A stretch of 64,000 bases of DNA from Dehalococcoidia bacterium (GCA_011170375.1 DUEV01000006.1:89255-153254); one strand, 5' to 3'; positions 37,661 to 48,158 are shown, counted from the first letter of the stretch. The notes: a model not told the origin generated them from the sequence alone. Numbers and translations are program-made.

Positions 37661-40600
37661 TTGAAGCCCTCTAAGGTCTTAATAATCGGTTCTGGGCCTA
37701 TCATCATCGGACAGGCAGCGGAGTTTGACTATGCTGGTACTCAGGCGTGCCGGGCAATGCGTGAAGAAGGCATTACCTCAGTGCTGGTGAACTCAAATCC
37801 CGCCACCATCATGACTGACGAGGACATTGCCGACATCGTCTATATTGAGCCGCTGACCGTGGATGTACTGGCCCGCATCATTGAGCGAGAGCGTCCCGAT
37901 GGATTGTTACCTACGCTGGGCGGACAGACTGGCCTTAACCTGGCTGTAGCCTTAGCTGACACTGGTATTCTTAACAAATACAATGTCAGAAGTCTAGGGA
38001 CACCAATTCAAACGATAAGAAACGCCGAGGACCGTGAGCTGTTCAAGCGGATGCTGATTGATATCGGTGAGCCGGTACCGGCGAGCGCCGCCGTGAACAG
38101 TTTAGGAGCGGCCAGGGAGGTTGCCAGTAATATTGGCCTACCCTTGATAATCCGTCCGGCTTACACTCTGGGTGGAACCGGCGGAGGCATGGCTTGCAGC
38201 TGGGAGGAACTGGAGATAGCCGTTAGTAGAGGATTGGCAGCCAGCCCCATACATCAGGTGCTGCTTGAGGAATCCGTAGCAGGCTGGAAAGAGATTGAGT
38301 ATGAGGTGATGCGGGACAGTGCTGACAACTGCATCACCGTCTGCAATATGGAGAACCTTGACCCGATGGGAGTTCATACCGGCGATAGCATAGTCGTTGC
38401 TCCCAGCCAGACGCTGAACAACAAGGAATACCAGATGCTGCGAACGTCGAGCCTTAAGATTATCCGGGCGCTGGGCATCGAAGGTGGCTGTAATGTCCAG
38501 TTCGCCCTTGACCCCAAGAGCGAAAAATATTATGTGATTGAGGTCAATCCCCGGGTAAGCCGTAGCTCAGCCCTGGCCAGCAAGGCCACTGGTTACCCTA
38601 TTGCCCGTGTTGCGGCTAAAATAGCCGTGGGTAAGAGACTGGATCAAATCCCAAACCAGGTAACGGGAAAAACAATGGCCTCCTTTGAGCCGGCGCTCGA
38701 TTATGTGGTGGTCAAGATTCCCCGATGGACTTTTGATAAATTTACCTCCAGTGACCGCTCTATTGGCACCCAGATGAAAGCCACCGGCGAAGTAATGGCC
38801 ATTGACCGCTGTTTCGAAGCTGCTCTGCAGAAGGCAGTACGTTCTCTGGAATTCGGCAGGAGAACGCTCCTTTGGGAAGACCCCAAGTGGAAATCATCAA
38901 CCGATATCAATTCCTATCCCCTACAGCCCAACGAACTGAGACTGTGGGCCATAATGGCTGCCTTAAGAAGGGGAATAAGTGTGCAGGCAATAAGCGAGCA
39001 CACCACGATTGACCGGTGGTTTATAGATAGGATGCAAAATATTGTCGGTATGGAGAAACAATTCCTAACTCAGCCACTAACCCCCGAATTCTTGTGGCAG
39101 ATAAAGCGGCTCGGCTTTTCTGACGAGCAAATAGGAGTCCTATTAGGTGAACCTTACGAGCATATAAGACTGTTACGTCGTATTTGGAATATTCAACCTG
39201 TCTATAAGATTGTTGATACCTGCGCCGCCGAATTTGATGCTGCCACGCCGTACTACTATAGCGCCTACGAGCAGGAGGATGAGGCACAGCCTGATAAGAG
39301 GAAGAAAGCCATAGTCATCGGCAGTGGGCCTATTCGCATTGGCCAAGGAATAGAGTTCGATTATTGTTGTGTCCATGCCGCGTTTGCCCTGCGGGACGAG
39401 GGGTATGAGACGATAATGATTAACTGTAACCCGGAAACAGTCTCCACCGACTTTGACACCTCGGATAAGCTATATTTCGAACCGGTGACGGTTGAAGACG
39501 TTTTGAGTATCTACGAAGAGGAGAACCCCGTCGGCGTAATCGTTCAATTTGGCGGTCAGACACCACTTAATATCGCGGCGGAACTTGAGAAAGCTGGCGT
39601 TTCCATACTGGGCACATCGGTCAACTCGATAGACATTGCCTCTGACCGGGGCCGGTTCAGCCAGATAATGAAGAAATGCAGCATCCCCATGCCAGAATCG
39701 GGTACTGCTAGTAGCCTTAAAGAGGCCCTGGTTTTAGCGGAGCGCATCGGCTACCCACTTATAGTTCGCCCGTCATACGTCCTTGGCGGACGCGGTATGG
39801 AGATAGTACATGACGAAGAAGAACTAATAAGGTATGTGAGTGCAGCCGTCGTGGTAACGCCCGACCGGCCGATCTTGATTGATAAGTTTCTGGAGAATGC
39901 TATCGAGGCCGAGGCGGATGCCATTTCCGACGGGAATGATACTTTTGTGCCGGCAGTCATGGAGCATATCGAATTTGCTGGTGTCCATTCCGGCGATTCA
40001 GCCTGTGTGATTCCGTCCGCAAGCATACCAGCTAAGCATCTCACCACAATTCATGATTACACGAAGAGAATCGCCCGCAAACTTCATGTTGTCGGCCTGA
40101 TGAATGTCCAATATGCTATAGCTAAAGACGTTGTGTATGTTCTGGAGGCCAATCCCCGGGCATCACGCACCGTACCCATCGTCTCTAAGGTGTGTGATAT
40201 TCCCATGGTACATCTGGCAACTCAGGTTATGCTGGGCAGGAAGCTAGCTGAGCTTGACCTCAAGTCACGAAGGATTCCCTACTTCGGAGTTAAAGAGGCA
40301 GTTTTTCCGTTTCACATGTTTCCCGAAGTCGACCCGCTGCTCAGACCGGAGATGAAGTCCACGGGCGAAGTTCTGGGGATGGCCGATTCCTTTGGTCTGG
40401 CATTCTGGAAAGCGCAGGAGGCAGTTTCAATTCTCCCGACTGAGGGCACTGTGCTTATCACTGTCTCGGAACGTGACCGGCAAGCAGCAGGCAAGGTAGC
40501 CAGTCAGTTTGCTGACCTGGGGTTCAAGATTAAGGCTACGGCTGGCACCCATGCTTTTCTAACTAGCCTGGGCATAGCCTCAGAACCGATACTGAAGGAG

Positions 40601-40861
40601 CATGAGGGTAGGCCTAATATCACGGATGCCATAAGCAACAGGGAAGTTCAGCTAGTAATAAACACGCCGGCGGGGAAACTAAGTGCACATGATGACTCGT
40701 ACATCCGAAAGGCTGCTATAAAGTACAAGGTGCCATATATCACCACGCTAGCAGCCGCCATGGCAGCCTCCAAGGGAATAATAGCTTACCGTGAGGGTAA
40801 ATCAGATGTCAGGTCGCTGCAAAGTTACCACGACGACGTGAAGGAAATGCAAGAGAGCTGA
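37661..40861 (+). CDS. carB: Carbamoyl-phosphate synthase large subunit
   Basis: 1066 aa. Duplicated ATP-grasp halves ([17 protein letters not shown] / [17 protein letters not shown]) and an MGS-like tail. TTG start. Confidence 0.95.
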   Translation: MKPSKVLIIGSGPIIIGQAAEFDYAGTQACRAMREEGITSVLVNSNPATIMTDEDIADIVYIEPLTVDVLARIIERERPDGLLPTLGGQTGLNLAVALADTGILNKYNVRSLGTPIQTIRNAEDRELFKRMLIDIGEPVPASAAVNSLGAAREVASNIGLPLIIRPAYTLGGTGGGMACSWEELEIAVSRGLAASPIHQVLLEESVAGWKEIEYEVMRDSADNCITVCNMENLDPMGVHTGDSIVVAPSQTLNNKEYQMLRTSSLKIIRALGIEGGCNVQFALDPKSEKYYVIEVNPRVSRSSALASKATGYPIARVAAKIAVGKRLDQIPNQVTGKTMASFEPALDYVVVKIPRWTFDKFTSSDRSIGTQMKATGEVMAIDRCFEAALQKAVRSLEFGRRTLLWEDPKWKSSTDINSYPLQPNELRLWAIMAALRRGISVQAISEHTTIDRWFIDRMQNIVGMEKQFLTQPLTPEFLWQIKRLGFSDEQIGVLLGEPYEHIRLLRRIWNIQPVYKIVDTCAAEFDAATPYYYSAYEQEDEAQPDKRKKAIVIGSGPIRIGQGIEFDYCCVHAAFALRDEGYETIMINCNPETVSTDFDTSDKLYFEPVTVEDVLSIYEEENPVGVIVQFGGQTPLNIAAELEKAGVSILGTSVNSIDIASDRGRFSQIMKKCSIPMPESGTASSLKEALVLAERIGYPLIVRPSYVLGGRGMEIVHDEEELIRYVSAAVVVTPDRPILIDKFLENAIEAEADAISDGNDTFVPAVMEHIEFAGVHSGDSACVIPSASIPAKHLTTIHDYTKRIARKLHVVGLMNVQYAIAKDVVYVLEANPRASRTVPIVSKVCDIPMVHLATQVMLGRKLAELDLKSRRIPYFGVKEAVFPFHMFPEVDPLLRPEMKSTGEVLGMADSFGLAFWKAQEAVSILPTEGTVLITVSERDRQAAGKVASQFADLGFKIKATAGTHAFLTSLGIASEPILKEHEGRPNITDAISNREVQLVINTPAGKLSAHDDSYIRKAAIKYKVPYITTLAAAMAASKGIIAYREGKSDVRSLQSYHDDVKEMQES

Positions 40862-40945
40862 TCCTCCCCTCCGAATATTATCAGATACATTGATTGAGGC
40901 AGTAGGTGGAATTCGACGTGCTACTCACAACTTTCGTAACAGGCA

Positions 40946-40954
40946 TGCTATAAT
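40946..40954 (+). promoter_or_regulatory. Extended -10 promoter box TGCTATAAT upstream of nrpR
   Basis: GCATGCTATAAT at 40943-40954, 38 nt before the TTG start of nrpR. Confidence 0.5.
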
Positions 40955-40991
40955 AACCTGAAGATTATCCAAAGAAACAAGGAAGCTTCTG

Positions 40992-41987
40992 TTGGTACAA
41001 GGTTCTAGCTCCGAAACAGAGATAAAGATAATAGCCATTCTTAAGGTCTTGAGTGAGTCCTCTGAGCCACTCGGGTCAATTACTATTGCCCGTAAACTGG
41101 AGCAGGAGGGAGTTTTCCTGAGTGAGAGAGCAATCAGATATCACCTGAGAATAACAGATGAGCGTGGTTTTACCCAGCCGGGCGGTCGGGATGGCAGAAT
41201 GATTACTCCAGAAGGGCGGCAAGAGGTTAAGGACGCACTGGCACCGGAGCAGCTTGGTTTTGTGCGTGATAAGCTCGAGATGTTAGCTTTCCAAACCACA
41301 TTCGACCCACAAAAGAGAACCGGCCTGTTATCTGTAAACACCTCCTTAATTGACAAGAATAATTTCAAAAAGGCATTATCAGCCATGAGGGATGCATTCA
41401 AGGCCGGAATTTGTGTCAGCGACTTAGTGGCCACCGCGTCTGAAGGAGAAAGGCTTGGTTCGGTAATCGTGCCCAGTGGGAAAATCGGCCTGGCTACCGT
41501 CTGCAGCGTGGTGATATATGGGGTACTTCTGAAGGCAGGTGTGCCTACAGAATACAGGTTTGGAGGATTGCTCGAGGTTAGAAATTCAAAACCACGGCGC
41601 TTTGTAGCCATAATTGACTATCAGGGTACATCCCTCGACCCCTCTGAACAATTCATACGTGGCAACATGACGAGCGTTAATGAAGTTGCAAGGACAGGGA
41701 ATGGTAAGGTATTAGGTGTGTTCCGTACTCTGCCAGCACCGGCGAAAGAAATCGTCGAGGAGAAAATCGCTTTGCTCAAGGAAGCCGGCATCGGTGGGGT
41801 CTATGCTCTGGGCAATACCAGCGAGTCGATTTGTCGTGTTCCAGTGACTTTAAATCGGTTTGGTATCGTTCAACTCGGTGGTCTTAATCCAGTGGCGGCA
41901 GCCGTTGAGGCGGGAATCGAGATAGAAAACATAGCTGAGAGCGGGCTAATTGATTTTCAGCAGCTTCAACCTGTTTGGCAGATTTAG
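40992..41987 (+). CDS. nrpR: NrpR-like nitrogen repressor (winged HTH plus one NrpR/DUF128 domain)
   Basis: 331 aa. N-terminus IKIIAILKVL..SEPLGSITIARKLEQEGVFLSERAIRYHLRITDERGF..GRMITPEG resembles methanogen NrpR as I remember it. Single-domain length. Confidence 0.7.
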   Translation: MVQGSSSETEIKIIAILKVLSESSEPLGSITIARKLEQEGVFLSERAIRYHLRITDERGFTQPGGRDGRMITPEGRQEVKDALAPEQLGFVRDKLEMLAFQTTFDPQKRTGLLSVNTSLIDKNNFKKALSAMRDAFKAGICVSDLVATASEGERLGSVIVPSGKIGLATVCSVVIYGVLLKAGVPTEYRFGGLLEVRNSKPRRFVAIIDYQGTSLDPSEQFIRGNMTSVNEVARTGNGKVLGVFRTLPAPAKEIVEEKIALLKEAGIGGVYALGNTSESICRVPVTLNRFGIVQLGGLNPVAAAVEAGIEIENIAESGLIDFQQLQPVWQI

Positions 41988-42279
41988 CCCGAATATCCTG
42001 TCCTATCATGGATTTCGCTCTATTAGAAAGCGACCGAGCTTTATGCGGTAGAATTGCTCGGTTCCCGACGTTACTTCCATCGCCCTTCGCGACTGAAGAA
42101 AAAGTGTGAAATACTCGTGCTCAGTCTGCTTTCGGCAACGGTGATTCCCTAGGAAATGGAGAAGCTTCTTGGAAGGAGACCGACGGCCATGCTTTACTTG
42201 GGAAATGTACGACTTACTGAATTTGCTTAACTCGGCGATTTACGTTACGCTTAAGGAGTTAAGCAACCGTAGCGGGTGT

Positions 42280-42364
42280 GAGACCTCATAAGCCTTTGGT
42301 CGTGGGTTCGAATCCCCCCGCTGCCACTTTTTATTTCCCCACACTACCACAAAATTATAGCATA
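42280..42364 (+). repeat. Repeat copy C1: 3' 47 nt of tRNA-Met plus conserved tail
   Basis: 42280-42326 matches tRNA positions 27-73 at 44/47. TTATAGCATA at 42355-42364, 28 nt after the tRNA end, the same spacing as in the real gene. Confidence 0.85.
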
Positions 42365-42410
42365 ACACCAGACTTCGAGATAGCCTTCAATAAGATGGGG
42401 TGACTTAGAA

Positions 42411-43319
42411 ATGAGTAGAATTACTTTTGCAACCATGGCAACTCGGAATAACCTCACACGGGCCATCATGCTGTTTGATAGCCTACGAACGTTCGGTGGC
42501 GAACTCGGTGATTCTCTCTGTATCATACTTGTCCCTGAAAAGGGAGAGCCTTTACCCGATAAAGCAAGAGAACAGCTTAGCTTACTGGATGTACGCCTAT
42601 TACCTTTTGATATGGACGAGGGAGCCGTACGGTTCCCGCTCGCTTCAGTAGTTTATGCAGCAGCCAGAGCAGAGCAGCAGGTACACGATGAAACTGAAAT
42701 ATTGGTCTGGACGAATGAGGACACGCTGATAGTCAGCCCACCATCGGACTTTCTACTCGAAGAAGGTATTAATTTTGCCTACAGACCGGTACATCATACC
42801 AAGATTAGCTCAGTCTATGGCAAACCTCCGGATGATTTCTGGTCACTGATATATCAGTACTGCGGCATTGAGGAAGGCAAGGCGTTTCCTATGGAGACCT
42901 GTACCAGGGACAACACAATAAGGGCGCACTTTAATGCCGGACTGCTTGTGGTAAGACCAGAGCAACTTTTACTGGAGAAATGGCTTGACCATTTCAGGGA
43001 GCTATATCAACATCCTGATTTTCGGCCGTTCTTCAAGGAGGACGTTCTTTATATGGTATTCATGCATCAGACGGTGCTATCAGGCGTTGTTCTAAGTATG
43101 TTTAAGAGACGGGAATTACTGGAACTCCCGGAGACCGTTAACTATCCACTCCATCTGCACCAAGAATATCCTATCGAATACCAGCCTCAGGCATTAAATA
43201 ATCTAATAACCTGCCGCTACGAGGGTATCGAAGATTTGCGGAATTCCTTGAAAACAATTCCGGTAGAAGAGCCTTTAAAAGGTTGGTTGAATGAAAGACT
43301 GGGGCCAATGGAGGTTTGA
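42411..43319 (+). CDS. Hypothetical protein (302 aa)
   Basis: Long ORF with AT-rich upstream region. No motif I can name. Confidence 0.45.
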   Translation: MSRITFATMATRNNLTRAIMLFDSLRTFGGELGDSLCIILVPEKGEPLPDKAREQLSLLDVRLLPFDMDEGAVRFPLASVVYAAARAEQQVHDETEILVWTNEDTLIVSPPSDFLLEEGINFAYRPVHHTKISSVYGKPPDDFWSLIYQYCGIEEGKAFPMETCTRDNTIRAHFNAGLLVVRPEQLLLEKWLDHFRELYQHPDFRPFFKEDVLYMVFMHQTVLSGVVLSMFKRRELLELPETVNYPLHLHQEYPIEYQPQALNNLITCRYEGIEDLRNSLKTIPVEEPLKGWLNERLGPMEV

Positions 43320-43326
43320 TAGCTCC

Positions 43327-43341
43327 AATCCCTCCGCTGCC
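43327..43341 (+). repeat. Repeat copy C2: tRNA-Met T-arm/acceptor end only
   Basis: AATCCCTCCGCTGCC is identical to tRNA positions 58-72. It sits in the 33-nt gap between two convergent stop codons. Confidence 0.6.
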
Positions 43342-43352
43342 GCCAGATAATG

Positions 43353-44105
43353 TTAAGCAGAGTCGATTCTCTTCTTGATTCTACTCCACGTGTTTGTAAT
43401 CAGGAAACTCTCCTCCATGTTGTCAACCATGCTGGTGAACTTGCCAATAGGCACCGACAGCGTTATCACATCCGGTGGAACAAAGGGTCTTGCCGAAGGG
43501 TCGAACATGCCAATTATTGCTTTAGGATGCTCTGAGTCCTTTTCAAGGCAGGGATACTGCACAATCGTGGAACAACCAGAGCCAAATGGAGCGGACACTG
43601 CATTTCTATCCACTTCGTCAAATCGGGCTAGGGTGAAGAGTCCTGAAAGAACATCAGGTTTTGCGTAAAAAATTATGACTTCTGGATCATCCGATTCATC
43701 TAACTTGTCCCATCTTTTGAACACTATAAACCGAGATGGTGCCTTAAATGTTGGCGTATTTTTCATTATTTCCTTAACAAGCTCCGGCGATTTGCAGTAA
43801 CGTTCGCCCTCCAGCCTGCCCGGAATCCCGTAAGAAAGGAAGTATTCAAAACCACGCATGATACCCTCTGCAAAGCCAAGATATCTCTTCCCTCCAGGAC
43901 AACCAATCGAATCTGCATCAAAGCACAGAGAATTCCCCTCCCTCACATCTGTTAACGCACCAATCACACACCTCGAAGTAGACCCCGGTTCAACCATCTT
44001 GGCATGCCCTTCCTCATCTGTGTAATAAAAGGTAATTGGCAGTTCGGCACTGCCAAAGTATTTATTCCAGAGTCTGATAAATGTATTCCTGGCATGCATG
44101 TCCAT
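43353..44105 (-). CDS. DUF169-family protein
   Basis: 250 aa. Pattern CVIGAL...GCPGGKRYLGF...FGSGCS resembles DUF169 proteins as I remember them. Confidence 0.6.
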   Translation of the reverse strand: MDMHARNTFIRLWNKYFGSAELPITFYYTDEEGHAKMVEPGSTSRCVIGALTDVREGNSLCFDADSIGCPGGKRYLGFAEGIMRGFEYFLSYGIPGRLEGERYCKSPELVKEIMKNTPTFKAPSRFIVFKRWDKLDESDDPEVIIFYAKPDVLSGLFTLARFDEVDRNAVSAPFGSGCSTIVQYPCLEKDSEHPKAIIGMFDPSARPFVPPDVITLSVPIGKFTSMVDNMEESFLITNTWSRIKKRIDSA

Positions 44106-44190
44106 TGAACTCCTCCGGGATAATGAATAGATGAGTCAATTAAAAAGGGGAAATGGTAAGGCAGCTTCTCGCTTTCTTAACTTATCTGTA

Positions 44191-44249
44191 GTTCGAATCC
44201 CTCCGCTGCCACTTTCTTATTTCCCAAGTACCTGCCTGATTATAGCATA
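44191..44249 (+). repeat. Repeat copy C3: last 21 nt of tRNA-Met plus conserved tail
   Basis: GTTCGAATCCCTCCGCTGCCA (21/21), then TTATAGCATA at 44240-44249 after 28 nt. The tail carries minus-strand TGCTATAAT (44239-44247) facing the DUF169 gene. Confidence 0.85.
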
Positions 44250-44342
44250 ACACCAGATGTGAAACAGGCTTCTAGGCCGAATTCAAAGGTGGATGCCTGC
44301 AGGAAATTATGCAACAGCGTATTACAGGAGTAAAATGACGTC

Positions 44343-45272
44343 ATGAGCTTGACAGGTGACAGGTTTAAAAAAGCCGATATTCATATTCACATCATGGCCA
44401 GCGCGAACGAGGGTGGCTTTATCTCGCGGTCGCTGTTGAGCAAGCCGTGGTCGAAGTACATGTCCTACTGGCTCGGCTTGGAAAGCGACACGGTAGAGGA
44501 ATACATATCACGACTTGTAAGTTACATCAGAGAATCACCGCTTGATATTGGAGTAATCCTTGCCTGTGATGCAATTTATGACGAACATGGTGAGGTCGAC
44601 CCCAGGACTTCTTTCTTTGTCCCCAATGACGTGGTACTTAAAGTAGCTGGCACACATGAGGAGTTACTACCCGGTGTATCAATACACCCAAACCGGAAAG
44701 ACGCGCTGGAGGAAATCGACAGGTGTGTTGAGGCCGGTGCTGCACTTCTTAAATGGCTCCCAAATACACAGGTCATTGACCCATCGGATAAGAAGTATAA
44801 AGCGTTCTACCGTAAACTGAGTGACTACGGTTTGCCGCTACTGAGTCACAGTGGATTCGAATTCACAATGAAAGCAATAAATCAGAGACTGGGAGACCCG
44901 AACAAACTGAGACTCGCACTTGAGGAAGGAACCACAGTCATTTCTGCCCATTGCGGGATTTCTTATGCCGGCCTTTCAACCAGATACCTGAAGACCTGGC
45001 TTTCTCTGCTGAAGGAATACCCCACTCTATACGGTGACCTTGCCGCCCTATCGCTTGGCTTTGGTGGCAGGCTGATCAGGAAATTACTAGAAAACCAGAT
45101 AGCCAGTGAGCGGCTGGTCAACGGTTCGGATTTCCCGGTACCCCCCTTACGAACCGTGATTGACATATTTAGGAGGAGCAATCCTTTCATTAGGGATTAT
45201 CAGATTAAAACCACGCTCGGAGTACCCGACAGTGTATTCTACAGAGGTTACCAGCTAATACGCAGACAGTAG
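44343..45272 (+). CDS. Amidohydrolase-fold metal-dependent hydrolase
   Basis: 309 aa. N-terminal HxH (ADIHIHI) and C-terminal GSDFP typical of TIM-barrel amidohydrolases. Confidence 0.55.
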   Translation: MSLTGDRFKKADIHIHIMASANEGGFISRSLLSKPWSKYMSYWLGLESDTVEEYISRLVSYIRESPLDIGVILACDAIYDEHGEVDPRTSFFVPNDVVLKVAGTHEELLPGVSIHPNRKDALEEIDRCVEAGAALLKWLPNTQVIDPSDKKYKAFYRKLSDYGLPLLSHSGFEFTMKAINQRLGDPNKLRLALEEGTTVISAHCGISYAGLSTRYLKTWLSLLKEYPTLYGDLAALSLGFGGRLIRKLLENQIASERLVNGSDFPVPPLRTVIDIFRRSNPFIRDYQIKTTLGVPDSVFYRGYQLIRRQ

Positions 45273-45324
45273 ACATAGCCCAATACAGCCTACTATTAAA
45301 AGACACGGACGGTTTAGACACGAC

Positions 45325-46944
45325 ATGCGAGTATGTTCGTTTATTAGCAGGATAGGCCGGGCAGCAAAGCTAGATGTCAAACTCTACCAAGAGGTAAAGG
45401 CCGACAGCAAAGCCAGCTGGCAGGCATTCCTTGTCGTTGTATTGGTCAGTCTGGCAATAAGCATTGGTATTGGTATAGCCGGCTGGTTCGCGTTGGCAGG
45501 AGCGTGGTCTATCTGGGGTATACTCGCTGTGCTGGTTAGCTCTGTTATTGTGTGGCTAATCTGGGCGTCCTTTGCCTATTTCGTCGGGACAAGAGTATTT
45601 AGACGCCCGGAGACATCAGCCTCAATGGGTGCGTTGCTACGCACGATTGGCTTCTCCAGTTCCCCCGGGGCGTTGGGCGTCTTAGTATTCATACCTATGG
45701 CAGGGGGTATCATATTGCTCGGTGTATCCGTATGGGCTCTTGCCGCTGGTGTCATAGCTGTCAAGCAATCACTAGCGTTCACCACCCGTCGTGCTATCGC
45801 AACCTGCCTCGTAAGCTGGTCCGCCTGCGTATTGACTGCAGCACTAACCATGATTCCATTATCATCTTATATTATCGATGGAACTTGCACATGCGGTAGC
45901 AGCTTTGATAATCAATTAAACTCGATAGTGAATGCCTACCGTTTCAGCATAGTACGATGGGAGATTGCCTCTATTCCGCATGAGTGGGGTCAGTGGTTCA
46001 GTATCAGCGGTGAGGATATTGATAACGCAGTCGATAAAGTTGTCGATTATTTCTCTCACGAAGGAGAACGAGATAAAGAACTGGGAGACACAGTAGAAAG
46101 GATTTTAGAGAGTCAGATTAAAGAAATCCTGGTTCAACAGGATATCTATGGATTCCCTCCCGTGAACCTTAAGCTGGGTGAATTGCCTCATTTACTTGTA
46201 ATCTCACCCCGAGACAAGATAGAAAGCATGAGAGAAATAATGCTGCTACCCGGCATTAGCCTCGAGGAAATTGAAGATATCGAGGCCAAGGTAGATGAAT
46301 TGGGCGTTTCCTCACTCGTAGTGGGCCTGGGTGGTTTCGGAGGAACATACCCCAGCTTCGTAACAAATAGTGCCAGCCTGAGGGCCACCATTAATACTAC
46401 GGTTGAAGAATGGATACATCAACACCTGGCCTTCAAACCCCTCGGATTCCGATATTTGCTAGATATCCTCGGTATAGCGCGAAATTATGAAGTTGCCACC
46501 ATGAATGAAACCGTGGCCGGTATAGTCAGTAAGGAAATCGGCGCAATTCTTTATGAGACGTATTACCGTGACAAGGAAGAAAGTGTTATCGACCATCCCG
46601 AAGATAATGCAGACGAATCAGGGTTCGATTTCAACCAGGAGATGAGAGAAATACGAATAGCAGTCGATGCCTTTTTGGCCCGGGGAGAGATTGAACTGGC
46701 CGAGCAGTATATGGAACAGAAGCGCGAATATCTGGCCTCACAGGGTTACCATATCAGGAAGTTGAATCAGGCCTATTTTGCCTGGTACGGAACATACGCC
46801 GACGAACCAACCTCAGTCAGCCCGATTGGAACAGAGTTAAGGGAATTAAGAGACAGTAGTGCCTCGTTGAAGGATTTTCTGGATACAGTCGCCCAAATGA
46901 CAAGCAGACAGGAGCTTAAAAGTACTGTCGAATCAATACGATAA
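45325..46944 (+). CDS. Membrane protein: Yip1-like 5-TM N-terminal domain fused to about 350 aa soluble domain of unknown function
   Basis: 539 aa. Hydrophobic segments in residues 30-190 resemble the Yip1 domain layout. The C-terminal part has no motif I recognise. Confidence 0.5.
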   Translation: MRVCSFISRIGRAAKLDVKLYQEVKADSKASWQAFLVVVLVSLAISIGIGIAGWFALAGAWSIWGILAVLVSSVIVWLIWASFAYFVGTRVFRRPETSASMGALLRTIGFSSSPGALGVLVFIPMAGGIILLGVSVWALAAGVIAVKQSLAFTTRRAIATCLVSWSACVLTAALTMIPLSSYIIDGTCTCGSSFDNQLNSIVNAYRFSIVRWEIASIPHEWGQWFSISGEDIDNAVDKVVDYFSHEGERDKELGDTVERILESQIKEILVQQDIYGFPPVNLKLGELPHLLVISPRDKIESMREIMLLPGISLEEIEDIEAKVDELGVSSLVVGLGGFGGTYPSFVTNSASLRATINTTVEEWIHQHLAFKPLGFRYLLDILGIARNYEVATMNETVAGIVSKEIGAILYETYYRDKEESVIDHPEDNADESGFDFNQEMREIRIAVDAFLARGEIELAEQYMEQKREYLASQGYHIRKLNQAYFAWYGTYADEPTSVSPIGTELRELRDSSASLKDFLDTVAQMTSRQELKSTVESIR

Positions 46945-47032
46945 ATGGATTTTGCAGACCCAAAAGTGAAAACCAGTACCTGTTCTATCACAAGATTCGT
47001 ACTGCCAATGCGCGTACATAAATACAGGATAT

Positions 47033-47061
47033 TTGATAGTTAACATATTTAATGTTAGAAT
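47033..47061 (+). promoter_or_regulatory. Candidate promoter with embedded palindrome upstream of cysK
   Basis: TTGATA (47033-47038), 17-nt spacer, TAGAAT (47056-47061). Palindrome TAACAT-attta-ATGTTA at 47041-47057 fills the spacer. Confidence 0.45.
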
Positions 47062-47170
47062 CCTATATATAGTGCCTGGTAAGGTTAATTTCGTATTCAT
47101 GCGCAAATGCTCGATGAAACCGGAATAACCCGATCCAAATAGAAATCTCGGATAGAGCTTTTTAATTCAA

Positions 47171-48070
47171 ATGACAGACATTCAAGATGTATCACATGGT
47201 CTACTGGACCTCATTGGAAACACGCCACTAATCAGAATAGGCAACGTTTACGCCAAATTCGAGGGAATGAATCCCAGTGGTAGCATCAAGGACAGAGTTG
47301 CACTTGAAATAATAGAGGCTGCTGAAAGAGAGGGAAAATTACAGGAAGGTTACACAATAGTAGAAGCCAGCAGCGGAAATACTGGAATCTCTTTAGCCAT
47401 GGTAGCCGCTTTCAAAGGCTACAAGATGCTTGTGGTAATGCCCGAAAACATGAGCGAAGAGAGAAAACAGATGATGCGGGCATATAACGCGGAACTGGTT
47501 CTTACTTCCAAAAGTGGTAGCCTGATGGAAGCTATAGAGACAGCAGAGCAGATTGCCCAGAAACCAAAGACATTTTATGCAAGACAGTTTAGCAATCCCA
47601 ATAACATAAAAGCGCAGGAAAAGACTGGGCAAGAGATTCTCAAAGAAATAGGACCAGTGGATGCTGTTGTAGCTGGTGTTGGTACCGGCGGAACACTAAT
47701 GGGCATTTCAAACGTGATGAAAGAGGCCAATCCAGAAGTACGAGTAATAGCAGTCGAACCGGAAGAGGCTGCGGTGATGTTTGGCGGAAGTGATGTCAGG
47801 ATAAGAGAGCACCAGATACAGGGAATCGGTGACGGATTCATACCTCAGCTGATAGACATGAGTAGCGTTGATGAAGTTTTTACAGTCGATAGTCAGGAAG
47901 CTGTACATACAGCAAGAAGACTCTCGAAAGAATACGGACTATTAGTAGGAATAAGCTCCGGGGCTAACATGCTCATCGCGCAAAGGATATCAAGGGACTA
48001 CGGTAAGGTCGCCACGGTTCTACCGGATAGAGGAGAAAGATATCTGAGCATGAACCTGTTCAAAGAATGA
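47171..48070 (+). CDS. cysK: Cysteine synthase (O-acetylserine sulfhydrylase)
   Basis: 299 aa. NPSGSIKDR PLP-lysine motif, SSGNTG, GVGTGGT. Confidence 0.9.
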   Translation: MTDIQDVSHGLLDLIGNTPLIRIGNVYAKFEGMNPSGSIKDRVALEIIEAAEREGKLQEGYTIVEASSGNTGISLAMVAAFKGYKMLVVMPENMSEERKQMMRAYNAELVLTSKSGSLMEAIETAEQIAQKPKTFYARQFSNPNNIKAQEKTGQEILKEIGPVDAVVAGVGTGGTLMGISNVMKEANPEVRVIAVEPEEAAVMFGGSDVRIREHQIQGIGDGFIPQLIDMSSVDEVFTVDSQEAVHTARRLSKEYGLLVGISSGANMLIAQRISRDYGKVATVLPDRGERYLSMNLFKE

Positions 48071-48075
48071 ATAAA

Positions 48076-48118
48076 GAAAAAGGCTGGCAGGAATTTGGCA
48101 ACCTGCCAGCCTTTGTGT
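48076..48118. terminator. Bidirectional terminator hairpin between convergent cysK and the lipoprotein gene
   Basis: A-run, AGGCTGGCAGG-aatttggcaa-CCTGCCAGCCT, T-rich run. Confidence 0.7.
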
Positions 48119-48158
48119 GCTCTAGACCCCGCAGCCTTACAGGCTACTCAGACCCATC

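Noticed and set aside
42019-42220. Possible decayed tyrosine-recombinase C-terminus (…LLPSPFATEE…stop…GHALLGKCTTY) just upstream of repeat C1.
   Set aside because: The resemblance to the HxLRHTFAT / LLGH…Y boxes is only a few residues. The spacing between them (~33 aa) is too long, and a stop intervenes. It cannot be supported without a profile search. Worth a TBLASTX or HMM check only.
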